A stretch of 64,000 bases of DNA. Origin: Tubiluchus corallicola. Taxonomy: Eukaryota > Animalia > Priapulida. Within the stretch, counting starts at the first letter, position 1. The number at the start of each line of letters is the position of its first letter. Made by a program: the position numbers and the translations under genes. Under the pieces are notes generated by a model. That model saw only the letters and a program-made list of their open reading frames with translations. It searched no databases and was not told the DNA's origin. Location: positions 78,516 through 142,515 of the forward strand of contig JAQGDQ010000556.1 in assembly GCA_030141605.1 (NCBI GenBank), read 5' to 3'. This document shows positions 13,401 to 25,400 of this stretch, piece after piece.

Positions 13401-16400
13401 GTCTTTGCTTTTATTGATCCTGTGTGTTGCAATCATAAGTTGCTACCAATGCATCATCATCAGAACTGACGTAAATTTGCCGACATCTTTAGCACGGTTT
13501 TGCGGATTCTGTGAATTATGCGCCCGATGATTGGGGATCTCAGGACTCGATTCACCAACGAGAGAAGAGCAGGGATAGCAGACATTTCCGGCATGGCAGA
13601 GGAGACAAGTCACATTTCGCCAATTCTGGTGACTCTCAAGTTCCTGAGTTTCCTGCAGACGTGCCAGTAATCGGTAAGCAACCTATTTTGTTAATATTTT
13701 GTGGCTTTTACAACCACAATCAGCGATGAGAATTTTCCGCGGATACGCGAAATTCCGAGTTTTTGGAAGACCAGTAGTGCCATTTTTGTAAATTGCGTAA
13801 ATTTGTTGAGAAAATTTTTACGGTACATTATTTCGCAAGCTGACTGCTAGGTGGCAGGCCGTCACTTTGTTTACATCACGTACATCAGTGTAACCACGTG
13901 TATGTCTCTATGTATAAAATTATAGAATCACTTGTGCGGAGTTATTTGAGTCAATTGCAGACAGTTTTTATATACTTTTGCATAGGAGCGACCAGTACTT
14001 AGGCGTTTTTGATACAATTAGGTATCATGTATCCTTGATAGTTGGGTATTTTAAATGATGCATGAAACAAGGTAATTGATATTTTAAGTCCACTTAGAGG
14101 CTCTCTATGGTCACAAAATTCTACATGACATGTAAAACCTATACCAAAGACAAAAAATGGTACCGCTGGTTCTTCGAGGTTTTATCGCAGTAATTGGGAC
14201 CCCCTTGGAAATAAATACTGAGTTACTTGGGTTGTTATGCCAGGACCGCTGCCTAAACGAAATCATTATTATTATAATTTGTATTTCTGAGTCTCTGTGT
14301 TTGCGCCAGATGCTCAAAAGCGGAAACAGCTGCCACTGTGGATCAGGCAAGGTTTGGAAAAGATGGAAGAAGAGAAGAGGAAGACCCTAGAAAAAGAAAG
14401 AAAGAAACAAGAACTTGAACAGAGGAAGCACCAGGACATGGAAATGTCGGACGACGAAGTCGAACATGATGATGAGAAGACGAAAAGGAAGAGCAGATTC
14501 GTAAGTAATCAGCTAGATGTCGGCACTAAAAGTTTTGTAAACAGATGAGATTTTTTAGGAAAAAGTGGGATTCGAGTTTGATTCGCTTTCCAAAAATATG
14601 TATATTGTGAGATTCGGATTTGCTCCGGATTCGAAAATTATTAGGAAAAACGGGATTCGAACTTGATGCTGCTTCAAAAGACACTTTATATTGTGAGATT
14701 CGGATTCGCTCTGGATTGGAAAATTATTGGGAAAAACGGGATTCAAATTTGATTTTGTTTCAAAATACACTTTATATTGTGAGATTCGGATTCGCTCCTA
14801 ATTGGAAAATTATTGGGAAAAACGGGATTGAAATTTGATTCGCTTTCAAAAGACACAATATATATTGTGAGTTTCGGATTTGCTCCGGATTGGGAAATTA
14901 TTGGGAAAAACGGGATTTTGTTTCAAACGACACTTTATATTGTGAGTTTCGGATGTGCTCCAGACTGGAAAATTATTGGGAAAAACGGGATTCGAATTTG
15001 ATTAGGTTTTAAAAGACACTTTATATCAGGGGTGTGTAATTGCAAATCATCTGACCTACCGGACCACATTAAGCTTTCCTGTGGGCCACATACAAGGAGG
15101 CAAGAACAGTAGGACCTAAACAGTAAACACTGCAGAGTCGAAGCCAAGCCCTGGGTGACCTTGGGAATTTTAGCTAGATACTTAGTTTGGTTGCCGTAGC
15201 AACAGTTTACATGTATAAAGTTTGCTGTCATGTCTCACTTGATGTAAAGGCTAGCATTTAGTAATCAGCTAAACAGTGAGTCATTGAGTGCGGACCTAGC
15301 TAAAATATAAATAATAGCTTCATATTTTATTATATGTTTCATTTTCTATATAAAATTCATTACGTTTATTGTCGTTTTGGCAATAAGTGCATATGTATAG
15401 TATTATTTTGAATAGGAAAGTGAGGATGAGGAAAGCAGAAGTAACCATGGCGACAGCGAAGTAGACGAAAGTAAATCTGCGAGGCCGCGATCTCCGTCTC
15501 CCGTAAAAACGGAGGAGGAAAGGCAACAAGAATTGGTTTGTACTTCCACGTAGAACGCATGCAGTACCTGCATTTATTAACCCTTTCACTACGGAGGGCG
15601 GCACAGTGCCACCTATGTTTTTCATGCAAGGGACGAGAGGTGGTAGACTGCCGCCCGAGCTCAACACTAAGCGCAGTCATCCAGGTCTGTTTATTTTGCT
15701 GTTACGTCCATGCAAAAACATTGTAGAAAAGTTTAACAGCCGTGGGATTGGGGTTGGTTTGCAACAAGTAATGCTAACCAGCCAATCAGCGTCTGAAGCC
15801 AGGTGCATTCCGCAATACTGTACTATATAGTATGTTCTCATGCAAAATTGCTTGTTGAGACTTGGTGAAACGTGTGTTTAGTTGATTGTTCTGCATTCTT
15901 ATAAAATAATTGCATATTGTGGATTAGTATTATGACTTTAGCTACTAATTACAACATTCTGTTTTAGTAACACACCACAAAAAGTTATTGCCAAATGTGC
16001 AAAAACCAAATCGGCATTGGCTAAAAAGCAACTACGTAGTGAAAGGGTTAATCTAGATCGATGCACGCTGAGTTCAGAAAATGTGTAATATGAAATATAT
16101 TATTATTATTATGTATTTTATTTGAATCTAAAATGGATACGGCACATGTACAACGATGTTCATACACAACAAGTATATATACACAAAGATAATAGTTAGG
16201 AATATTATGAAATGATTAAAATGCTTCATGTAGTGGTTTCTTACAAGTTCAGGGATGAGAATTTTCCACGTATACGCGGAATTCCGAGTTTTTGGAAGAC
16301 CAGTAGTGTCATTTTTGTAAATCGCATAAATTCGTTGAGAAAATTTTTACGGACCCAGTACATTATTTCACAAGCTGACCGCTAGTTGGCAGGCCATCAC

Positions 16401-19400
16401 TTTGTTTACATCACGTACATCAGTGTAACCACGTGTATATCTCTATGTATAAAAATATAGAATCAATTGTGCGGAGTTATTTGAGTCAATTGCAGACAGT
16501 TTTTATATACTTTTGCATAGAAGCGGCCAGTACTTAGGCGTTTTTGAGACAATTAGGTATCATGTATCCTTCATAGTTGGGTATTTGAAATTATGCGTGA
16601 AACAAGGTAGTTGATATTTTAAGTCCACTTAGAGGCTCTATGTGGTCATAAAATTGCAATTTGTTGCTGGCTGTGCGGCCCCCAAACCGCGGCCTGTTTC
16701 AGGGTTTTTTGCAATTTGTCATTCTTATCCCTGCAAGATCATAAAATGATTTCTTGATAGGACGCCTCATGTTGCAATTAAATGTACAAAGTGCAACCGT
16801 ATTTCGATCTTAAGTTAAAATCGCTGTGTTAAATAAATGCAACAATTTTGGTATAAATATCTGACTCGAATTCTGTAGTTTTCTCGAAAAGTTAAGCCTT
16901 CGACTGTAGATTATGAAATTTGACAGCAGAGTCCCACAGTAATATATGAGTAGTTTGATATTTTCACTTTGTCTACACTTAAAGGAAGACAGGATGATTT
17001 TTCTTATACTATCGTATTGTCAAGTCCGATAAAAAGTATGCATTTTAACACGATTAATCCCGCAATAGCGTTTCTGATAATTAAATAATTGATTAAAACT
17101 TAATTAACGGCTGGCGAGCCTAACTATTGATGATATCACAAACTAACATAATTTTCTACGAGCGTGTTGCACGTGTTTGCGAAAGCGAAAATTGAAGTAC
17201 ACTGCTACTGTAAGACATTCGGTGTGTTGTACTAAAACTAGGCAAGTTTTAAGATAAAAAATTCAGATTTCAATTTTACTGCTGTGCTCACTCATGAGCT
17301 GTCGAACGTGTGTGGCTCATCACAACTAACACTCCGAACTGAGAGGTACAGCACCTGTTTTTTGTGCAGCGTCATGTCTAACTAATGACGAAATGCATGT
17401 AACAGCGAAGAACTAGTGGTGCGAATGCGAAATTGTGTTTGTGTGGTAACAATTCTTTCACAAAAGTCATTTCACAAATTTTCATTAAGAAAATAGTATA
17501 TTTTCTTTCAATATTTTAAACAGTAGATTGATTTGACCTATATTTTAAGATTGAGTCCGGTTTTGCTTTAAAATTTTTTCTAAAAACAGTGTTCCGCGAT
17601 ATGTAAGTCTGACCTGCTAATAGCACCAATTTCACAAGCATATAACAAGATAGGTAAACTATAGAGGTGGTTTGAAATTTAGTTTCAAGATTTTATTCTG
17701 AAATGTGTACATAAACTGTGAAGTAGTGTCATGCTGAAAAGCAGAAAACCAAGTGACCAGAACTACAGGTGAAATCATTTAGGTGTGAAAACAGGTTTAG
17801 AGATTATGCATTCATAAAGACTGTAGAAGCCAATGAAAATTTAAACCGTAAAGAGAAAGATTTAGCAATTTTAACAAGAACGCCTGAAGGTGGCAGCACT
17901 ATGCAAAACTCAAAAAAGTATGATGACAATGCAACATAAATTCAAATTTAGAGTAATTAAAATGATTTTCTTCTGTCCAAGAGGCACATTAATTTTTTTG
18001 CCACTGTTTCAGTACGGTTCATTAAAAAAGAAACTCGTTATGTGAAATGCGTCATAAAGAAGCGAAATTTGAAGAGTTTTTCTTTGTCAGATAATGAAGA
18101 CGCGTCGAATGATGACCGAAGTATTATTGACTGTAACAGAAGAATTAATTCATGATATCTCTAGGGAAGTATATAAGCGAGCGCTGACGAAAGGTAAGCG
18201 TTCGTCTATTCCCTATGTGTTTTGTTATAATGATCTATTTGACCGCCAGCTAAATTATGCCTCTCAGAACCATTGTTTCCAAATATTAGATCTACACATA
18301 CTAATATGTACTTGTATAATGATAGGGATAACAGTCAGGGGCGTATTAACCTATAGACTGACTAGGCTGTAGCCTAGGGCGCGAATTTTTAGGGGGACAT
18401 ATTTTAGAAAAAAATCTTATTCTCCTCATAAAATTTGTACAATTCCATATTCTTGTGAAGGGTGCATTTTATAACACACCACAGGCAGTTAATGAGAGCA
18501 GGTTGTATGGAAGTGCCACATAACGAACAGGTGCAAGGTATTACACAACCAGCAGTTGTATAGCTTTATTTGAATATAAACGAATACTATGCAAATACAT
18601 GTAATTAATAATGACCACGTAGGAACTAGGTTAATACTGTTTCTAATACACCACAAATAATTGTTTAAAATCTGCTCATTACATAAATAACGATGAATTC
18701 ACAATAGAGTTGGGCGGGACAAAACAATCAGCCTAGGGTAGCGTAAAATCTTGATCCACCTCTGATAACAATACCTGTATGATGATAATGATATGCCTGG
18801 ATCCTTGATCCACCTCTGATAACAATACCTGTATGATGATAATGATATGCCTGGATCCTTGATCCACCTCTGATAACAATACCTGTATGATGATAATGAT
18901 ACACCTGGATCCTTGATCCACCTCTGATAACAATACCTGTATGATGATAATGATACACCTGGATCCTTGATCCACCTGTGATAACAATACCTGTATGATG
19001 ATAATGATACACCTGGATCCTTGATCCACCTCTGATAACAATACCTGTATGATGATAATGATACACCTGGATCCTTGATCCACCTGTGATAACAATACCT
19101 GTATGATGATAATGATACACCTGGATCCTTGATCCACCTCTGATAACAATACCTGTATGATGATAATGATACACCTGGATCCTTGATCCACCTGTGATAA
19201 CAATACCTGTATGATGATAATGAACGCCTGGATACTTGATACACCTCTGATACCAATACCTGTATGATGATAATGATACGCCTGGATCCTTGATCCACCT
19301 CCGATAACAATACCTGTATGATGATAATTATATGCCTGGATCGTTGATCCACTTTTCAATCAAAGAATGTTTGAGTCAGCTTATTGATTAAACTCTTGGG

Positions 19401-22400
19401 TAGGTATTAAAATCATTACGTGAATTTTAACTTTTACGTACAATAAAGGATGTGCTAAAAATTGTGATATCAGATGTAATATTTGCCTTTGTTTTGGTTT
19501 GTATCATTATTTTTCACTTCGACGCCATTTTGCATGTTCACGTCTTTAAGTTATTTATAAATCTTGTAGCTGTTTCTGCTTTGTACAAAGTTGTTGACAT
19601 GTTCACTGTTATTCTGTCCAATATATGGTTTGCGTTCTTTATCTAATACGTTATGTAGAAAAGTGGTGATCACTTAAGAGATTTTAAGTGGTCACAGAAG
19701 AGATTTTAAGTGATCACAGAAGAGATCACATATGTGGTTAGCCGCTCGTTATCATCCACGATGAAGATTTTAGGCAGGTTTAGAGATGTGTTTCCATTTC
19801 TATGAGGAAGTAGTCCATAATGCCGGGCCAAACTTTTGTTACATTTCACCAGGATCTAGACAGATTCTCGTTGCGACATTTTCAGAATTCACTGTCTAGT
19901 TCAAGAACAGTGAATTATAGTTATTGAAACAGTGAAGATTATGAGAATTAATCACTATCAGTACTAATGTCATTTTTGAGAGCGAGGCGTAACATTTCCC
20001 GATTCGGTTTCTGAGCCATTTAGAATTTTGTTGATTCTTATTTTTGCCAGTGAACTAGAATCATCATTTCCGTCATCAAGAAGTCTTTGAGGCAAGAATT
20101 GCTCTAAATTTACATGAAACGGGGAAAATTTTACTGATAACTTGACAAATCGGTCCGTCAAGAGGTGCATCACAAGAATTGCTCTAAATTTATTTGAAAC
20201 AGGAAAAATTTTACTGATAACTTGACAAATTGGTTCGTCAAGCAGTGTATCACATGCATTTGACACTGTTCGTCAAGAAGTGTGTCGCATGCATTTGACA
20301 CTGTTCGTCAAGAAGTGTATCACATGCATTTGACACTGTTTGTCAAGCAGTGTATCACATGCATTTGACACTGTTTATCAGGAGGTGTATCACATGCATC
20401 ACAAGAATTGCTCTAAATTTACGTGAAACAGGAAAAATTTTACTGATAACTTGACAAATTGGTTCGTCAAGCAGTGTATCACATGCATTTGACACTGTTC
20501 GTCAAGAAGTGTATCACATGCATTTGACACTGTTTGTCAAGAAGTGTATCACATGCATTTGACACTGTTCGTCAAGAAGTGTATCACATGCATTTGACAC
20601 TGTTTGTCAAGAAGTGTATCACATGCATTTGACACTGTTCGTCAAGAAGTGCATCACATGCATTTGACACTGTTCGTCAAGAAGTGCATCTCATGCATTT
20701 GACACTGTTCGTCAAGAAGTGTATCACATGCATTTGACACTGTTCGTCAAGAAGTGTATCACATGCATTTGACACTGTTCGTCAAGAAGTGTATCACATG
20801 CATTTGACACTGTTCGTCAAGAAGTGTATCTCATGCATTTGACACTGTTGTCAAGAAGTGTATCACATGCATTTGACACTGTTCGTCAAGAAGTGATCAC
20901 ATGCATTTGACACTGTTCGTCAAGAAGTGCGTCAAGAAGTGTATCCATGCATTTGACACTGTTCGTCAAGAAGTGTATCACATGCATTTGACACTGTTCG
21001 TCAAGAAGTGTATCACATGCATTTGACACTGTTCGTCAAGAAGTGTATCACATGCATTTGACACTGTTCGTCAAGAAGTGTATCTCATGCATTTGACACT
21101 GTTCGTCAAGAAGTGTATCACATGCATTTGACACTGTTCGTCAAGAAGTGTATCACATGCATTTGACACTGTTCGTCAAGAAGTGTATCACATGCATTTG
21201 AGACAAGATTTGCTCTAAATTTATGCGAAACAGTCGTTTCCAAACTTTACGCCGTCTGCCTGGGAGTTTGCATTCTCGTTGGCTTGGCAACGAGGGTAGA
21301 TCCCTACATTTTTATGTGCAACTCTGAATGGAAAGCGCAGTGTCAAACAACGCTTGGGAAGTAACTAAGTAAACTGGCAAATGCAAAATGGCCGCATACA
21401 TGCTTGCACACGCCAGAGAGAGAAAATGTCATATTAGTGCTAGCATTTCTGTATTTTTTCAGCATTCAAGTAAAACCTGCTCTAATCTAATTAGAATATA
21501 ATTATCTAATTAGATTTGCGGTAACGGGCATTGTGCAAATGTTTAGGCAAATAGGTTCCGGGACTCGAGTCGAAATTTTGGCCCCGAGTGGGCCCCAAAA
21601 TATCTGTTTCAGTGAATTTTTTGGAATAACGTTTGCAAACACATTCGAGAATCTGCCTACAATCTTTATCTTGCAAAACAGTTTAACGTTCTGGTGATTT
21701 TCTTGTGTATTTTTGGATATTTTCTTATCCCCGGTAGTATGGTAAGAAGTTTTTCCGAGAGTTGTTGACAGTTGCCACCAGCTGTCAGCACTTTGGTTAA
21801 AGGAAAAGCACATTGATAAGTATGCTGTACATGTTCTCTTGCAGTACGTCTGTGCCGTTACAGCTCTTTTTTAGATTTTGCAAGTTTTTCAGCCGAAGGA
21901 TTGTTTAGAAACCCTTTGCTCTGGAAATTAATAAAGTTTGTTGTTGTTGTATATAAAGTTCCGGCAAAGCAGCTCGCTCACACCTCTGCTTTGACGTCGA
22001 TCACTGGCGCCATAGGTGAGTGTTTCTCGCGGCGCGTGAGTTGAAAACTGGTAGCAATAATCGCAATCGCATCACATTGCCGGCTCGGAAATTTATTTAA
22101 AGCAAAAGCCAAGTCTCTCGGGAAGCGGAACTCGATTTAATATTTGGGAAAAATGTGTTAGACAGTTTCAGCAATGAAATTGTGATAGCATCTCGTGTAA
22201 TTAGTAAAATTAATTTAAAGTCGCCGTCACTTCACGCTAGGGCGCGCTCATTTTAGACGAAAAATGGCGTCGTCCGGTTGCCGTGCAATATGAACACTTA
22301 TCCCACCAGGTACTTCAGAATCTTCTTTTTAACTTATAGAGCGAACTCTCTAAACTAAGTAACCAGCCCGGCATCTACTGCGTGCTGGCAAGTTTACATG

Positions 22401-25400
22401 TGTATCTAAAAGTCAACAAACATCTATAAATTACTTATTTACACAATTAATGTTAATTACTTACACATTTTAAGGTGTAATCTTGTATATTAAAGTAATG
22501 TAACCACTTTAAATTTGATCTAATTGATGACTAATTTCTAGATAACGACAGTTAAGAAACATAACATTAGAATAACTGAACTTCTAAGCAAACTGTAGAA
22601 ACTTCTCAACGCGTACCTTCATCACAGCTTGCCTTCACGGCATTCACGCTGCCCAGCAGACACCAGTTTACGTCATTTTTTTTAAATATGCCGGCAGCGA
22701 CGTTCGTTTGGTGGGAGATTAAAAATATTTAAATTTCTTTTACATTTGTAAGCAGAGCATTTTACTCACATATTTGGTGTGGTGATTTCAATATTTTTAA
22801 TTGTACATTAAAATGCAATAAATGTTGTTCGAGGGTTGGTTCTTCCTTTAAATAAGCAGATGTGTATACTTTGCATGTGAGTGCCTATCTTTTGATAAAT
22901 ATATTTTTTTGCTTAACTTGGCTTATTGGCTTGTGTATTCCGTCAAAAGCACAAAAGGAATTCTAAATTAAAAACGCCGAAAAATTTTGCAACTTTGTTG
23001 GGACTTGAACTCAAGACTTTCTGCTTCCCGAACACGTTTGCTAATCATCACGCTACGGAGATACCTGACTTTTCAGACTCAGAAATGCCAATAGACATCT
23101 GTCGGATCATTGCTGATAGTAGACAGTAATGTCTTAATTTGCAATGCGAACGTAATTGCTATCAGTATTCAACTTCGTCGTTTTTGCTTTTATTTTGGTT
23201 AGTTTGTGGTGTCAGGCACTTGCGTTTAGCGAGCACACATTGAAATGATAAATGTGCTCAATGTTCTACTAAAAAGTTTTGAATTTGAAAAAGTGCTCAG
23301 GTCATTGGATAATGAACTGTTCGCAAATTGAATTATGTTGTTACTGGCAAATTAGATTGCTTTTAAGCCATTGTGAGATATTTTTTGCTTTGATTAAAAT
23401 GTCTTGTGCTACAAATCTGTTATTGCATACTAAACAAAACATGTCATTTCAACTTACCTTTATTTAGATGGCAAATAATATTTTAAGAATTATATAGTAG
23501 TTTTTAATATTGTAAGTAAACGGTGCTAGCTTGTATGGTGTATGAAATGTTCGTACTAACAACCAAAGTTTAGATAGAACTGTACTGCTGTTATTCTAGT
23601 TTCTTCACTCTTTGTACAATAAACTCCGCTTAACTGAAATCCAACTGGACCGAAAAAAGAACTTTCAGTGGGCGATGTTTTAAGTTGGACGATGTTGAGC
23701 AATTTCCAGCTTAGAGACTCTAAACCCCTCCTCCAGATGGCGAGCTAAATAGATGGCAGAAAGTCAACCCTTCTGTACATAAACGATGAGATTTGATGAC
23801 ATTTACATAAGAAATAACAGAATAACAGACTGCATAAGAAATAACTTACATTAACTTCTCACGAACACAACTACGCTTAACTTACATTAACTTCACACGA
23901 GCACAATTACTCTTAACTTACATTAACTTCTCACGGACATAACTACTCTTAACTTACATTAACTTCTCACGGACACAATTACTCTTAACTTACATTAACT
24001 TCTCACGGACATAACTACTCTTAACTTACATTAACCTCTCACGGACACGACTACTGTTAACTTACATTAACCTCTCACGGACACCACTACTCTTAACTTA
24101 CATTAACTTCACATGGGCACAACTACTCTTAACTTACATTAACTTCTCACGGACACGACTACTGTTAACTTACATTAACTTCTCACGGACGCAATTACTC
24201 TTAACTTACATTAACTTCTCATGGACACAACTACTCTTAACTTACATTAACTTCTCATGGACACGACAACTGTTAACTTACATTAACTTCTCACGGACGC
24301 AATTACTCTTAACTTACATTAACTTGTCATAGACACAATTACTCTTAACTTACATTAACTTCTCACGGACACAATTACTCTTAACTTACATTAACTTCTC
24401 ACGGACACGACTACTCTTAACTTACATTAACTTCTCACGTACGTAATTACTCTTAACTTACATTAACTTCTCACGGACGCAATTACTCTTAACTTACATT
24501 AACTTCTCACGGACACAACTACTCTTAACTTACATTAACTTCTCATGGACACAATTACTCTTAACTTACATTAACTTGTCACGGACGCAACTATCCTTAA
24601 CTTACATTAACTTCTCACGGACGCAATTACTCTTAACTTACATTAACTTGTCACGGACGCAACTATCCTTAACTTACATTAACTTCTCACTGACACAACT
24701 ACTCTTAACTTACATTAACTTCTCACTGACACAACTACTCTTAACTTACATTAACTTCTCACGGTCGCAATTACTCTTAACTTACATTAACTTGTCACTG
24801 ACGCAATTATCCTTAACTTACATTAACTTGTCACGGACACGACTACTCATAACTTACATTAACTTCTCACGGATACAATTACTCTTAACTTACATTAACT
24901 TCTCACGGATACATTTACTCTTAACTTACATTAACTTCTCACGGATACATTTACTCTTAACTTACATTAACTTCTCACGGACGCAATTACTCTTAACTTA
25001 CATTAACTTGTCACTGACACAACTACTCTTAACTTACATTAACTTCTCATAGACACAATTACTCTTAACTTACATTAACTTGTCACGGACGCAACTATCC
25101 TTAACTTACATTAACTTCTCACGGACGCAATTACTCTTAACTTACATTAACTTGTCACGGACGCAACTATCCTTAACTTACATTAACTTCTCACTGACAC
25201 AACTACTCTTAACTTACATTAACTTCTCACTGACACAACTACTCTTAACTTACATTAACTTCTCACGGTCGCAATTACTCTTAACTTACATTAACTTGTC
25301 ACTGACGCAATTATCCTTAACTTACATTAACTTGTCACGGACACGACTACTCATAACTTACATTAACTTCTCACGGATACATTTACTCTTAACTTACATT

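Noticed and set aside
18748-19352. Tandem C/D-box snoRNA array (ATGATGA and CTGA in each unit; TGATCCACC is complementary to 9 nt near the 5.8S rRNA 5' end)
   Set aside because: The CTGA/TGATCCACC part is explained as the MITE TIR plus TSD, spacing is short, several units lose CTGA, and the guide register is one base off the D+5 rule for the known methylated U
22975-23065. tRNA-like B-box sequences (also ~38825-38885 and ~39040-39095)
   Set aside because: No cloverleaf can be built; likely degenerate tRNA-derived SINE heads rather than tRNA genes
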